A stretch of 61,959 bases of DNA, filler included. It is 4 parts of 4 records of this genome, joined end to end, with 100 filler letters (N's around TTAATTAATTAA, not from the genome) between each part and the next. Parts side by side here need not be neighbours in the genome. Positions count along the whole stretch, not along the records: positions 1 to 21,925 come from SRR20825019_974; positions 22,026 to 39,730 come from SRR20825019_976; 2 more parts are not named here. One strand, given 5' to 3'. The position numbers and the translations under genes were made by a program. Shown here in pieces: positions 18,501 to 30,879 of this stretch. Each line of letters opens with the position of its first letter. The stretch's first letter is position 1. The notes beneath the pieces are model-generated. The model had not been told where the DNA came from, made no database searches, and worked only from the letters and a program-made list of their open reading frames with translations.

Positions 18501-21500
18501 GGGTGGTGCCCGCGCAGGTGACGGCAGGACGGTCGGGATGCTGTGCGACCTGGGACGCGAAACGCGTGATCAGCGTGTCGGTGACCGGCAGGCGGCACTG
18601 GGCGCGCCCGGCATTCCAGAGAGCCGCGCGCTCTGTGCCGTCGATGATCTCGATCCGGTCGAGCGGCTCTTCCACCTCGGCATCGATCAGGCCGCGCAAG
18701 GCCGTGGTCAGGAAGGCGACGATCCGCTCTATGCCTTTCGAGTCGAACCGCGCGCTGTCATAGCCGACACGGAGCCGGATCTCGTCGCCGTAAGCGGCCG
18801 CGATCAGGGTCAGCGGGTAGTTGGTGTGATCGATCGCGCGCCCTTCGGAGAAGTGTGCGCCGGTGCCTTCACCCGCCGGGAGGTGCGGGTCGAGCGGGTA
18901 GTTTTCGAAGACGAGAAGGCTGTCGAACAAAGCGGTGCCCGGCGCGGTCTCGCTGTCCCGCTGGATTTCGGCGAGCGGCACATAGCCGAAGCGGCTGTTC
19001 TCCTGATGTTGCACCTGCAGGGCTTCCAGCCAGGGGCCAGTCGGGCAATCCGCCATGGAGACGCACATTGGCACGGTGTTGATGAAGAGCCCGACCATAT
19101 CCTCGATCCCGGCGAGGTCGATGTCCCGGCCGGAGAGGGTGACGCCGAACGTGACCTCCCGCTCGCCGCTGGTCCGGCTCAGCACCAGGGCCCAGGCGGC
19201 GTTGAACAGGGTGCTGAGTGTCAGATGCCGTTCGCGCGCCGTCTCGATCAGGGCCTTGCCGAGTGCGGGCTCGAACGTGAAGTCGGCTTCTTGCTGGGGC
19301 GCGCTGGCTGCTTCCGGTGCTTTGCTGCGTGCGCAGGGCAGCGGTGTCGGTGCGTCGAAACCGGCGAGTGCCGTGCGCCAGTGAGTGTGAGCCGCTGTGT
19401 GGTCCTGGCGTTCCAGCCAGGCGATGTACCGCTCGTAAGGCGCCGCCGCCGGAAGGTCGGCCGCGCGGGCGCTATAGAGCAGCATCAGGTCCCGGAACAG
19501 GATCGGCAGGCTCCAGCCGTCCAGCAGCAGATGGTGGAAGCCAAGAACAAACTGCCAGCGCGCGTCATCCATCCGGATAAGCACGCACCGGAGCAGCGGC
19601 GGTTGCGTCAGATCGAACCCGGCGCTGCGTTCCTCGGCCAGAAGCTTTTCGAGAGCATCCTCCCGCGCCGCCTCGTCCATCTCACGCCAGTCCAGCTCAC
19701 GCCATGGCAGCGCGACTGCGCGGCGGACGAACTGAAGCGGCTGATCGCCGTCCAGCCACAAGGCGGTACGCAGGATCTGGTGGCGCTCGACGAGTGCATC
19801 CCAGGCCGCGTGGAAGGCTCCCGGGTCAAATGGAGCGTCAATTTTCCAGGTCAGTTGCTCGAAATAGACCGATCCGCCGGGCGCATCGGAAAGGCTGTGA
19901 TATGCAAGGCCGAGCTGCATCGGGCTCAGGGGGTAAAGCGCCGCAACACCGCGTCCCTGTTCCGCCGCCAGCAGGTCGAGCTGGTCTTGCGAGACGCGGG
20001 CGAGCGGGAAGTCGCTTGGCGTATAGCCGCAGGCCGCCTCATCACGGCAGAGCTCGATAAGGGTCCGCAATGTGTTCTCGAACCCGGCCGCCAGCCGCTC
20101 CATCGTCTCCCGCCGATATTGCCCGCTGCCATAGCTGAGGGAGAGGTTCAGGGCGCCATCCGACACGAGCCCGTTGATATCGATGGCATGCGGTCTGGTG
20201 CCATCGAGGCACTGGCTCTCGCCGGTGTTTTCATTGGCAACGGTGAAAAAGCTCCCGTCCGTAGCCTGCTCGAACTGGCCGAGATAGTTGAAGGCAATTT
20301 CAGGTTCCGGATAGGCCTCGGGATCGCTGTCCGTGAGATAGCGCCCGATGCCGTGGGCCAGTCCCTCGCCGGGGATTGCGCGGAGCTGTTCCTTGACCGC
20401 TTTCAGGCAGGCCGCCAGATCGCTCCGGTCCGGGAGTTCCAGCCGCACCGGGGCGATCGCGGTAAACCAGCCGACCGTCTCGCTCGTATCCGGTGCCCCC
20501 GGACGTTCCGGGCGGCCGTGGCTTTCCAGCGCGATGGGCCAGTCGCTGCGGCCGGTCCTGTCTTCCAGCGCGATTGCCAGGGCCGTGAGCATCAGATCGT
20601 TGATCCGTGTGCCGAAAGCGCGCGGCGCCTGTTCCAGAAGGGCGGTGGTCGTCTCCCGGTCGAGGGCCAGTTTCACATGCGCCGTGCTGTCCCAGCGCGC
20701 GATGCCATCGGGATGGTCTTTCGGCAGGGGCGGCAGTGTTTCCCAGCCGCGCCAATATGCGGCTTCGTCATTAATCCCGGAGCTGGCGGCCAGTGTCTGG
20801 AGGTAATGTGCCCAATCGAGGAAGGAGGAGGAAGCTGGCGCGAGGGTGATTTTCGTGCCCCGATGGATTTGCGCGAAAGCACGCTCCAGATCGCCGAGAA
20901 GAATGCGCCAGGAGACGCCATCAACGGCGAGGTGATGGATGCACCAGAGCAAGCGCTGTCCTTCCGTCAGATCGAACAGAACCAGCCGCATCACCGGGCC
21001 GCGTTCCGGGGCGAGGCTGCCTTGCCAATGACTCGCCCGTTCGGTCAACGCGGCGGTCTGTGTCTCCGGAGGCAGATCGCGGAGGTCCTCATGGTGAATC
21101 GGCAGGTCGTCCGTGACCTCGGCACACTCCTGATGCCAGCCCCCGGTGCCCTTGCGGAGCCGCAGGCGCAGCGCTGCATGACGATCGAGGATGGCACGGC
21201 CGGCAGCTTCCAGCTCCGGCACGGATATGCGGTCGCGCGGGCGCAGCAGCAGGGCCTGGTTGAAATGGGTCTTGTCGGCCAGATCCCAGGAGAAGAACCA
21301 GGATTGCACCGGTGTCAGAGGCACGGGGCCCGTGGCGCGAGGCATTGCGGGCACCGCATTCGCCAGATCGTCTGTTGCCGCATGGGGGGCCAGCGCTGCG
21401 ATGGTCTGATGCTCGAAAAGGTCCCGGACCGCGAGACGCAGACCTGCCGCACGGGCCTGCGCGACGATCTGGATGCTCAGGATCGAATCCCCGCCGAGCT

Positions 21501-21925
21501 CGAAGAAATTGTCATGGCGTCCGATCCGCGCCCGGCCGAGCACACTGCACCAGACCAGGGCGAGGGCGATTTCCCGTTCGGTCCGCGGCTCTTCATAGGC
21601 ATCCCTGACCGGGGTGTCCGTGGGCTTCGGTAACGCGCGGCGGTCGATCTTGCCATTGGCGTTGAGCGGCATCGTGTCGAGCACGATGGTCTGGGCCGGC
21701 ACCATATAGTCCGGCAACACGGCCGCCATATGGGCCTGCAGAATGTCACCCAGCGTGTCGGGAGCATTCGTATCCGCAGTTCGGGAGGCGTAGGCCACCA
21801 GTTGCCGCCGGTCCCCGGCCTGATGCAGAACAACGACGGCTTCCTCGACGCTGTCCCGCGCGCGGAGAGTTGCTTCGATCTCACCGAGTTCGATTCGGAA
21901 GCCTCTGAGTTTGATCTGGTGGTCG
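15514..21925 (-). CDS. NRPS, 5'-truncated: (A C-terminus)-T-E-C-A(Thr)-T-C
   Basis: T GGDSI before an E domain (HHLAVDGVSW, ESHGR, TVGWFT); C HHLLLDGWS; A code DFWNIGMVHK; T GGHSL; terminal C HHIIGDGWS. Frame is open to the contig edge. Confidence 0.93.
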
Positions 21926-22025
21926 NNNNNNNNNNNNNNNNNNNNNNNNNNNNNNNNNNNNNNNNNNNNTTAATTAATTAANNNNNNNNNNNNNNNNNNN
22001 NNNNNNNNNNNNNNNNNNNNNNNNN
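21926..22025. other. Artificial contig-joining spacer
   Basis: N44 + TTAATTAATTAA (stops in all six frames) + N44. Confidence 0.98.
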
Positions 22026-22050
22026 GGGGGGGGGGGGGGGGGGGGGGGGG
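22026..22050. repeat. Poly-G run at contig start
   Basis: 25 consecutive G. Confidence 0.95.
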
Positions 22051-22263
22051 AGTCACGCTGGTTCAGTCGGCTTGCGCCGAGGTGGCTGAGTCACTCAAGT
22101 TCCCGACGGAGTGTGTTCGTGGAAAACCGGCTCCTTTATGTTTGGCAAATAGTCCAACCGCGACTTCCAAAAATTACGACACAATCGTAACAAAACGGAT
22201 TCCGTCAACATCAATTGTATAGAGGAACACCACTTCTCATCAGTGCTCGCCATTGCATCGTCT

Positions 22264-25200
22264 CTAGTTCTTCACATATGTTGGCGCTGACACAAAGGTG
22301 TAGAGGCCATTCTTTACCTTGGCCAATCTAGAAAATCACAAGTAAGTACACCACAAAGCAAGAAGCAAGAAGGCGAACTAACCTGACGTTGCGTTGATCT
22401 GCTCGCTTGCGCTCGAGAACTATCTGATTCAAGTCGTCGATCATGAGTCTGTTGACGTCAAAAAAGGAGTGAGCAGCACCTGTGCAGAGATGCATTAAGA
22501 CACGAGAACACGACACACTGGACGGACCAATGCTCACCATCAAGATTATTGTCCAAGAATGTGCAGTCAATTATGTCAATGTCAACATGTTGAGGGGACC
22601 CGCTATCAAATGACGATCGCCGCTCTCTACACGGCCAGGTTGGCAACACACCAACATATTTGCATTTGTGACTTACCTGATCTGGGATTGGCCAATCGCT
22701 TTCTCCTTGAATATCTTCTGCGATAATTTCACTGCACTATCACGCTGGTCTGCATAAACTGTCACGCAGTCGCAATATCGCGCCAACTCCGGATATATCG
22801 CCTGGAAGTGGTCATACGGAATCTCAGGATTCATCATAGTTGCGGTATACAGCCGTAAGCCTTGATGCCTTCCGCCAGGGGTCTTCGCAATCTCGCTAAG
22901 AGGAGTAAAATTATAAAAAAGATCTTCTGCAATTGCACCCAGAACTCTCCCACCCATGCTGAGGAAGAGCTTAGTCACAACAACATTAGCATGATTTCGA
23001 TCTCACCTGTGTGTCATGAGATGGACACCATGATATCCAGCCACACGTAACGCGCCCATGAAAGAAGCAAAGTCCGACCGAACTTCAAGACTGGTGGAAT
23101 GCTGAGATATTGGTCAATACCAATGTTAATATGTTGGCCATTCATTACACCGACCTTTCTTGCAGCTGGATAACAGAAAACCGACCCAGCACGCCATGAA
23201 AACAGGAAAGGCTTAATGTAGTTGGGGTACGACCCAAGTGTTAGCAACTGTCCAATCTTTTTAAAGCCTCTGCACGCAATGTCAGACCATGAAAGAAGAT
23301 ACATCATACCGTGCCCACCCTTCCGTTGATGTATTGAAACCATGAATGAGAACAAGTGCCTCCTTGCCCTTCTCTGCTGCCGACTAAAGAAAACTAGTCA
23401 ATCACCACACAACATATTCTGCACCATCACATACTCTCCAAGACCCATCAAGGGTAAGAATATTACCGAGCTCGGGATCGATTTCATTCACCACCTCCAA
23501 ACGATCGGACCCCTTAGCCGGGTCTCGCGGAAGGTACCCAGTCACGTTCAAGCCATTTACCCCCGCATTGATAGTAATGCTGCTCTTCTGGGTGTTATCT
23601 TTTAACTGCAGCATATCATCCTCTATACAATAGCACGGAAAATCAGGATACGGTGTGGACAGGATTGTGTAACGTCATACCCATTCGAGCGACGCAGGAA
23701 CATGCAGCAAGACTTCTATTGTCGGTGTCTGTCCATCGCCGCGAATGAAGGCACGGAGCAGGGGCCTTGAGGACCCCAACAATTGGGAAGTCATTGTAAA
23801 ACTTTCCTGTCACACATGCCTGAAGAGACATCAGCGACAGAAAACAAAAGAAGCCTGACAAAAAATTACCTCGACAGAAACAATTCCATAGCTCAAGGGA
23901 ATATCATTCTCGGGCGGTAGACTGCTCTCTTTTTTCAGCATGGATTCTCTACTCGTGCAATAGCCAACCCGTATACTCTCATACATGTTTCCAGTCGAAG
24001 GCTGTGAGAGAGCAAGAGAGAGAGAGAGGTGTTAGTACCTCAGAAGAAACCACCGTAAATTGTGCTTCACCTCGAGAGACCTGAAGGGGCCAATTGGAAA
24101 TCCATGATCGAAAATGCCAATCACACACTCTCCTCCATACGATCCATCTATCCACTCGCAAGAACCATGCGGTTTACCGCTGACTCTATGTTTCGCCTAG
24201 CCCTCTCATAAGAATTTACGTTCTATGGAGCAGACATTCCCATACCTTGACTTTCACCCTATACTTCTTTCTCAGGAAAAACAACGTTGGGGGCCGAATC
24301 TCGAAAATAGCCTCGTCGCTGGATGCATACACACAGACAATTGAGTTCAGTCCTGCATACCGTCAGCTCGGGTACCTGCGGAATAAAATCTCCACAAACC
24401 TATTGTCCATGTCCGCGTGCGCTTAAGGAACTCTTTGAAGACAAATACTGTTACAGAGAGAATATTGAACGATAATCCAAGAGTCAAGATGGCTGCACCA
24501 CGTTCAGAGATGAAAAAATGCAATCGAAAAGGGTGTGACATACTCAGCCTCCACTTGGGAATAACAATAATCGCGAATATGACGACCAAAGTAACAATAA
24601 AAACAAGTCGAAACGTCAAGAAAACCTGCAAGAAGCGAATCAAAATGTCACCACTTGCGGGGTCCCTGTGCATTGACAACATACCCTAATAATAGCAAAA
24701 GCCGCCAAACATATGCATATTGCCGGAAAGACTATGAATCCCATGACAAGAACGGAATAGTCCTCATTATCAAGGATAGGAGAATCTTCCATAAATAAAC
24801 TGAGGACAAGGAATGCTATCATCCCACCAACAATTATTCCCAAAGAGAGGGTGCAGGCATGGCTGCGGGCGTTCTTGGTTTTCTGCTGTTTTGTGTCATC
24901 CCTGATTCCGCGTTGAACCCGGAACCACTTTCGGTGTTGCATATGGAACATGGTGCACTCGATGTCCCAGTCTTTCGCCCAATGCTCTGTCAACTCTGTT
25001 GCATTTTCCGGAATAGGGATTTCCGAGTCCACTTGCACCCAATCTTGTACTTCTGGGGCATTATTGGTGGTGGTGCTATACTCACTTGTTGTGTTGTTCA
25101 CTGCCACGGGGTTAAGTGGCCCGTGGCTGCCACGGTCGACCTGGCTTGATTCACTGTGGTACGTCTTAGTCCCAAGTGTGAGTTCAGTCCGCCACGCTTA

Positions 25201-25410
25201 CCCTTCCGACCTAAACACAGGGTTTGTATGGTGGGCAGTACTATTGGGCCCTGAACGCTTAACAGAGGAGTGTGCATCTGTCAGCCACGACTGGGTGACG
25301 GGTGTTAGGCTAAGCTCTTGGGTAGGCGTAGACAATAACGGTTTCTCCATTTCTTCCATGGCTGTTGCATGTGCAGCCTTACGTGACTTTGACAAACCAG
25401 CACTGCTCAT
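22264..25410 (-). CDS. Multi-exon eukaryotic gene: N-terminal transmembrane region plus C-terminal DUF900-like alpha/beta hydrolase
   Basis: Spliced motifs ALVLIHGFN, FLFSW, HLMTH-S-MGGRV (across intron 22959-23006), VTVYADQRDSA; hydrophobic exons at 24347-25107; intron 25154-25201. Exact start and full exon set are uncertain. Confidence 0.7.
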
Positions 25411-25599
25411 GCCAAGGCCCCTCAGACCACGCCTTCAAACCACTATCTATCAACAGTGCTATTACCTGCATCTCACCATACATATGCTGCTATGATATTG
25501 CAGCTCGACGCAGTCTAACTCTCACTAGAACGAAACCAAGAGGAACAAGGAAACACTAGCCGGGTCAACGGTGCGCTCATACGTTTGGGTGCCACCCAC

Positions 25600-26230
25600 C
25601 CTAAGGCCGTGTCTTGCCCAACCGCTGTCATGCCGGCCAGCGGAGTGTGAAGTGGTCATGCTGCCCCGACGCGGCCGGCGGCGGCGCCACGCCCGGCCGC
25701 GGCCCCCGCGCGGCGGCCGGGCCCCCCGGCCCCGGCCGGGGCGGCGGCGAGCACAGTGGGCACTCATCGCTGGGCGGAGTCATCAGTCACTCCGGGGGCG
25801 CGGCGGCGCTCAGTGACTGCCGGGGCGCTCCCAAAGCGCGTCGCTTTGACTATCAATTTTTATAGTCTCATTTAGGATTCAATATACCTTCATCGAGGGT
25901 GGCCTTCTTGTCGCTTTGTGCCACGAAACGGAGGAGGGAACCGGGAGAGACGAGACTCTCAACTGGGAGTCTCGATCTCTCCCCGTGAGTGACGGACAGA
26001 AACACAAGCAGTGTGCCGCCAGCAACAGCCGAATGCAATCAGGAGTCAGTTTGGCGCGCACCCCCGGCTACCGGCCACGCGGGATTCGGTTTGGCCCTGG
26101 TCGCGGGCCGGGGCGTGACGGCTCCTCGGCACGTGGCCGCGGGGCGCCCGACCACCAGGCGGGCGCGGCCGCAATCTGCTGACCGCGGTGGCCACGCAGC
26201 CGCATTCAGAACTCGGAACGCCCGGCCGCC
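25600..26230. promoter_or_regulatory. GC-rich island between divergent genes (putative bidirectional promoter region)
   Basis: CCGG/GGCC/CGCG-rich low-complexity DNA with AGTCA/TCAGTGAC words, lying between the 5' ends of genes at 25410(-) and 26656(+). Confidence 0.55.
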
Positions 26231-26655
26231 ATGCAGTGAGCGAGAGCATACCAGGACTAAGGCAGGCCTGAGGCTCTGCTGAACGGACCGCTGTGACGCT
26301 CGTAGGCCAGGGGCGTGCCTGAGGTTCGACTGAGAGGTCCTCGGTCCACTGCTGTAGCTCTAACGGCACCATGTGGTTGCCGAGAACAATAGACAATGCC
26401 GAGCCGGCAGCGCACGCACAGTAGCAGCAGTGTTTAAGGGAAAACTCCAGTGGCTTTTGGCTGCAGTCGTGTAGTCGTAAGTCACTTCCTTCAGGTCAGA
26501 CGTGAACTGGGAGTCTGACCAATCCTCTTGACTGGCTTGATAGGCAGTCTCCTCCTTGTGGGAACAGTATTCATATGTGAGAGACCTTCACTTCAGTTTG
26601 AGGAATAGTTGGTTTGAGTTGTTCAGTTCGGGCGAAGCCCTTCGATCCGGCGATC

Positions 26656-28032
26656 ATGGCGGACAATAGTGAAGTTGGACAGTCTGCCGAGACTGGCCGG
26701 GCCCCCGGTAGACTAAAGGAAGCGAGGGGGCTAGAGCTAGAGTCGGTCAATCTTGAAGTTACAGATACCGCACCCGAGATACTTGAAATGGATCCTCGCA
26801 TATCTACCGTTCCTGCTTCACTGCCCAGACTCAGTGTGGTTGCTGCGGAGGAGCCGTTGGATAGGGTTCATAGTTCGAAGTCTATGCGTAGTGGCACACA
26901 ATACAGCGAGGCAGACGTTGTGGATGACATGGGGATACTTGATAACACACTGGGTGAGGGAAAGGGAGGGCTGAGATCTCCTGTTCACTTTTTCGAGTTG
27001 AACTCAAAAATTGAAACAGAGCGTGCTCGCAAGATTTTGGCGATAGATGAGCCTCCCAAAATTTCAGAACTGTTAGCGGTCCAAACTGTGCAGCCTGAAA
27101 CAACAGGTAGAAAGGGAAGAGGGTTCCGAAATAGTACGGGTTCGGCGTTTCCACTTCGAAGAGGAGAGCCTCGCGAAGTGAGGAATGTGGACTCGGAGAA
27201 ACCCACTGCCGATAGCGATAACTCTGATCCAAAGAGCCCGCGTAAGAACAGTGGCGATTCAGAAGGTGCTAATAAGGCAAACCCTTTGCGGAAAGTGAGC
27301 TCTATGATGGGCAATAGTTTGAAGGCCTTTCAAGAGCAGCACCTTGGGCGTATGGGCAAAACGCACTCGGAGCATTTGATGCGGGTTCAGAAGTGGCTGG
27401 GTGGGAACGTAATTAATGAGGCTGACATGGAGGACACTATAGATACCACATATATTACTGAGTCTAGGGAAGATATGGAGCGTCAGTGGAATACACGCAT
27501 AACAGATGTTGAGATGAAGGCGTATAGGCGCGTATTTGCATTTTTTGACCGAAAGAATCAGTGCATGGTTCCTGCTCAGTTGTTGGCGTCAATGATGAGA
27601 ACTTTGGGGATGAACCCGACTACATCACAGGTGACGGAGATTGAACTCGAAGTCGATAACGGGGGTGACAAACTGATCGATTTCAGCGAATTTGTACATG
27701 CTATGGAGAGGGCACAGAAGCTGTACCGTCATCAAAGGCAGGATGTGATAGAAGCCTTCCATTTTTTTGATGACGACAAGACTGGTGATATTACTCTTGA
27801 AAAGCTTAAGTATCTGGTGATGATGTCTGGTGAAGATTTGACCATTGAGGAGATCGATATGGTGTTAGCAGATGCCGATCTTAGCGGCGATGGGAGGTTG
27901 GACTTCTTTGAGTTCTCTAACCTGATGTGCATCGGGGGCCTTATTCAATTCGAAGTTAAACAAGAAGCCGTCAGAAGGATCCAGAACTTCTATCGTTTGA
28001 TGAAACGGAGGAAAGAAAAGATCAAACAGTAA
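26656..28032 (+). CDS. Calmodulin/centrin-like EF-hand protein with long disordered N-terminus and C-terminal IQ motif
   Basis: EF loops DNGGDKLIDFSEF, DDDKTGDITLEKL, DLSGDGRLDFFEF, degenerate EF1, and MRTLGMNPT. Tail is AVRRIQNFYRLMKRRK. Confidence 0.85.
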   Translation: MADNSEVGQSAETGRAPGRLKEARGLELESVNLEVTDTAPEILEMDPRISTVPASLPRLSVVAAEEPLDRVHSSKSMRSGTQYSEADVVDDMGILDNTLGEGKGGLRSPVHFFELNSKIETERARKILAIDEPPKISELLAVQTVQPETTGRKGRGFRNSTGSAFPLRRGEPREVRNVDSEKPTADSDNSDPKSPRKNSGDSEGANKANPLRKVSSMMGNSLKAFQEQHLGRMGKTHSEHLMRVQKWLGGNVINEADMEDTIDTTYITESREDMERQWNTRITDVEMKAYRRVFAFFDRKNQCMVPAQLLASMMRTLGMNPTTSQVTEIELEVDNGGDKLIDFSEFVHAMERAQKLYRHQRQDVIEAFHFFDDDKTGDITLEKLKYLVMMSGEDLTIEEIDMVLADADLSGDGRLDFFEFSNLMCIGGLIQFEVKQEAVRRIQNFYRLMKRRKEKIKQ

Positions 28033-28433
28033 GTTTTATTACTGCGCTTGGCATTAGCTCGGTGTTAACCCAATATCAATTTAGGAATTTAGAACAGTTT
28101 GAAGCTATTGCCAATGAGAGAGCTTTGCAAACTGAGTCTCAGATAAGAGCAAATGGCAGATATGGGACAATGTGAAGTAGAAGTGGCTGTTGTAGTGAAT
28201 CTAGGACGATGATGCATGATTGCTGTCCCCATATAACCCTATGGCAAATCATTTCAGTACTAGTTTACTGTTTAGGCGAATAACATGTATGCCCTGTGAT
28301 CCTTGTCTTCTGTCGGAGAGAGAGATAAGCGCACTCAGCTTGGCATTTAGACGAAGATCTCGGCCATGCGGGACTTGTGAGTGCTGTGCAAGAAGGATTA
28401 GTGGATTGATTTTGCGAAATATTAGGATTGGCC

Positions 28434-29503
28434 TTACTCTTTCTCTCCAGAAACGAAGTTCATCTGACCAAAGATCTTGCTCTGTAGTAATTGTTGGAAT
28501 ACTGAGAGAGATAGATCATTCCATACTTACATTAGTCCATGTCTTAACGTTAAGTGGGGCTTCGCCAGCGTGGAGGAAGCTGAGGAGCTCGGTTGTCTTG
28601 AAACCGAAGCGAGACAAGAATTTGGCAACAGTGTTGGGCTCAAAACCGCTGTAAAATGGTTCGCCCTTGGCCTGGATAATGAGCTTGAATATCTTGATGA
28701 AGGCGTCATTCAGGTCAGGGCAGCTGCCATCCACAACACACTGGTTGACGAAGTCAAGGACAATCTTGGAACCATTCGCGGCCACGCGGTCAATGGACGC
28801 AAAGAGCTTGTCGACGTCCCCTTGGTGTAGGTAGTAGATAAGACCCTCGACGATAAAGATGGTCTTTTTCTTGGAGTCAAAGCCTTCGGTCGCCTTGAGC
28901 GCGGCCTCCAGATCGGTCACCCGAAGATCGGCACCAACGTAGGAAACAGACTTGCATGTTGGCTTGATACCCTGCTCTTCAACTTTGCTCTTCTTGTTCT
29001 CCATGACGGAGGGGAAGTCTACCTCGAAGAAGCGCACGTGCGGGAGTTCCATGCGGTATGCGCGGGAATCGAAACCAGCGGCAATGACTACGACCTGCTC
29101 GATGGACCTATCCTTTGTCCACTCCTCAAGCTTGTCGTCAATGTAGTCTGTCCTATTTAAGACACTAAACAATAACATCCTGAGGATCACTTACTGGTAC
29201 GTGCGGAGAAATAGACTATGTTGTGGTCCGAGACCTTCTGGAGTGCTTCGCGGGCCACATCGCGGGCAGTCTTGTGCTCGGCAATCCACTTCTCATTACC
29301 CTCCAAGAACTTGACTGCAGAGTCTAGTTAGCCGTTTCAGAGATAAAGATAGTGGCAAAGGGCAGTGTACCAGCAAGGGAGTCACGGTTGGAATCATCAC
29401 AGTCCTGGAACAACGCACGGGTGTACAGAGTGACGTCATTTGAAGGCTTTGCAGTCACTGATGCCAGGAAGGCCACAACTACCAGGAGAACAGCAGTCTT
29501 CAT
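28434..29503 (-). CDS. SAM-dependent methyltransferase (leucine carboxyl methyltransferase/TIGR00027-like) with signal peptide; 4 exons
   Basis: Introns 29324-29370, 29148-29194 and 28482-28530 restore ARTNYIDD, QVVVIAAGFDSRAYR, FFEVDFP, VGADL, FIVEGLIYYL. Confidence 0.85.
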
Positions 29504-29819
29504 ATTAACACCAGTGATTTCACCTTCATTATGTCGCAAAATTATATTTCAGGAGCCTTCAAGTTGGCGTGACTGGCTTAAAGGGAAGGGAGGAGCAGAG
29601 AGTTTCGACCGATGGAAGGTGGCTTTCGAAGGCAAGGCGGCTTCCCTGTGCGGACCGAAGAACCTTGACAACTATGTTAGTGAGGCCCGGCGAGTCCAGC
29701 GCCACCAGCCTGGTGCTCACAGCTGGCGTAATGACCAGTCGGTCATCGACCAGATCGCGACACTGCACTCCTCCAAGCAGTCGGGCCCACGACCATTCAT
29801 CGTCGTGGCAAGCGCCGGG

Positions 29820-30500
29820 TAGTCAAAAACCGAGTGAAGTCATTGGCGGGGCGGGGCGGGGCGGCGGACCCTCCGAGTGGCCAGCAGGCCCCGAGATCCA
29901 GGCCCCGGCCCTCGTCCCGGAGCGACGCCAGTCTCGCACTCAAGAGTGGGCCAAGCGAACGAGTGCCCTGCCCGCCCCGGCAGTGACTGTCCCGGTCGTC
30001 CGGGATCTGACTCACCGTCGGAGGATTCACACCTATGCACTGCCGTTTCAGAACCCCCTGTCCACTTGGGAACCAAAGCCAAGAAATCAAAATCCTCCGA
30101 ATGACCGGCCGGCCGGCGGCCGTGGCCGGGGTCGTCGTCCACTCGAATCATCGTGAGCACTGCGTTGTCGGAGCGGTCCCCGAGGGGGCCGCCTCCTTGA
30201 ACTTTGCGGCGGTGGGCGACCGATCAGTCGGACTGGTGGCGGCCGCGGCACGGCCAACTACGAGGCAGCTCCGGTCACGTGGCCGGGGCCGGGTGCCGGC
30301 CGCCCCGGAGCCCGCCGCCGACCGGGGCGGCGGCCGCCGTCTCAGTGGTGGCCGGAGGGCCTGGCGTACCGGCCCTCCGGATCCGCGGCAACTTCAAAAG
30401 CCGGCCGCCGGACCGGTCGTGACCCCGGGCAGCCCCGCCCCACCCCGCGCCCCGCCGGCGAGCGCGGCGGCCGCAGCGCCGCACTCACTCCTCACGGATG
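29820..30500. promoter_or_regulatory. GC-rich island between divergent genes
   Basis: Same composition and words as the other islands; lies between 29503(-) and 30880(+). Confidence 0.55.
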
Positions 30501-30879
30501 GCCTCGAGTTCAGTTTCGTCCGGTTGCGTCAGCACAGGACCTCCAGCGCGGAAACACCGAAAAGCCACTGTCAGTGTGGCTCCTCGCGAGGCTCGTCCAC
30601 CTCCTCTAGTACGGTAGAGCTCTGCTCTGTCGAGAAAGAGTGGCACACGAGGTGACGTGGAGACGTCGGCCCGAAGGTGCCGACGCTGTGACACCACAGC
30701 CGTCACTGCTCAGCTAAACCGCCTCTCGGAGAATTCTCCCGTTGGGTTTGCTTGGTCGAAAGTACCGCTGCTTGAAGCCGGAAGGCATACTTCAGCTGGC
30801 ACGCCCACACCGACACTGGTGACAGCTGATACGCGTAGCATTGCAAAACACCCGAGTGTATAGATATTAACAGCAAAGC

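Noticed and set aside
16210-21633. Long plus-strand ORFs (640 aa and 1159 aa) opposite the NRPS; similar ones at 4441-5985, 6809-8557 and 10839-12350
   Set aside because: Antisense shadows caused by high-GC codon bias of real genes; no recognisable motifs.
21970-21981. Repeated TTAATTAATTAA palindrome as a biological repeat or att site
   Set aside because: Embedded in Ns and identical at each join, so it is a synthetic linker.
22075-22130. tRNA-like start GCCGAGGTGGCTGAGT
   Set aside because: No anticodon arm, T-loop or acceptor complement follows.
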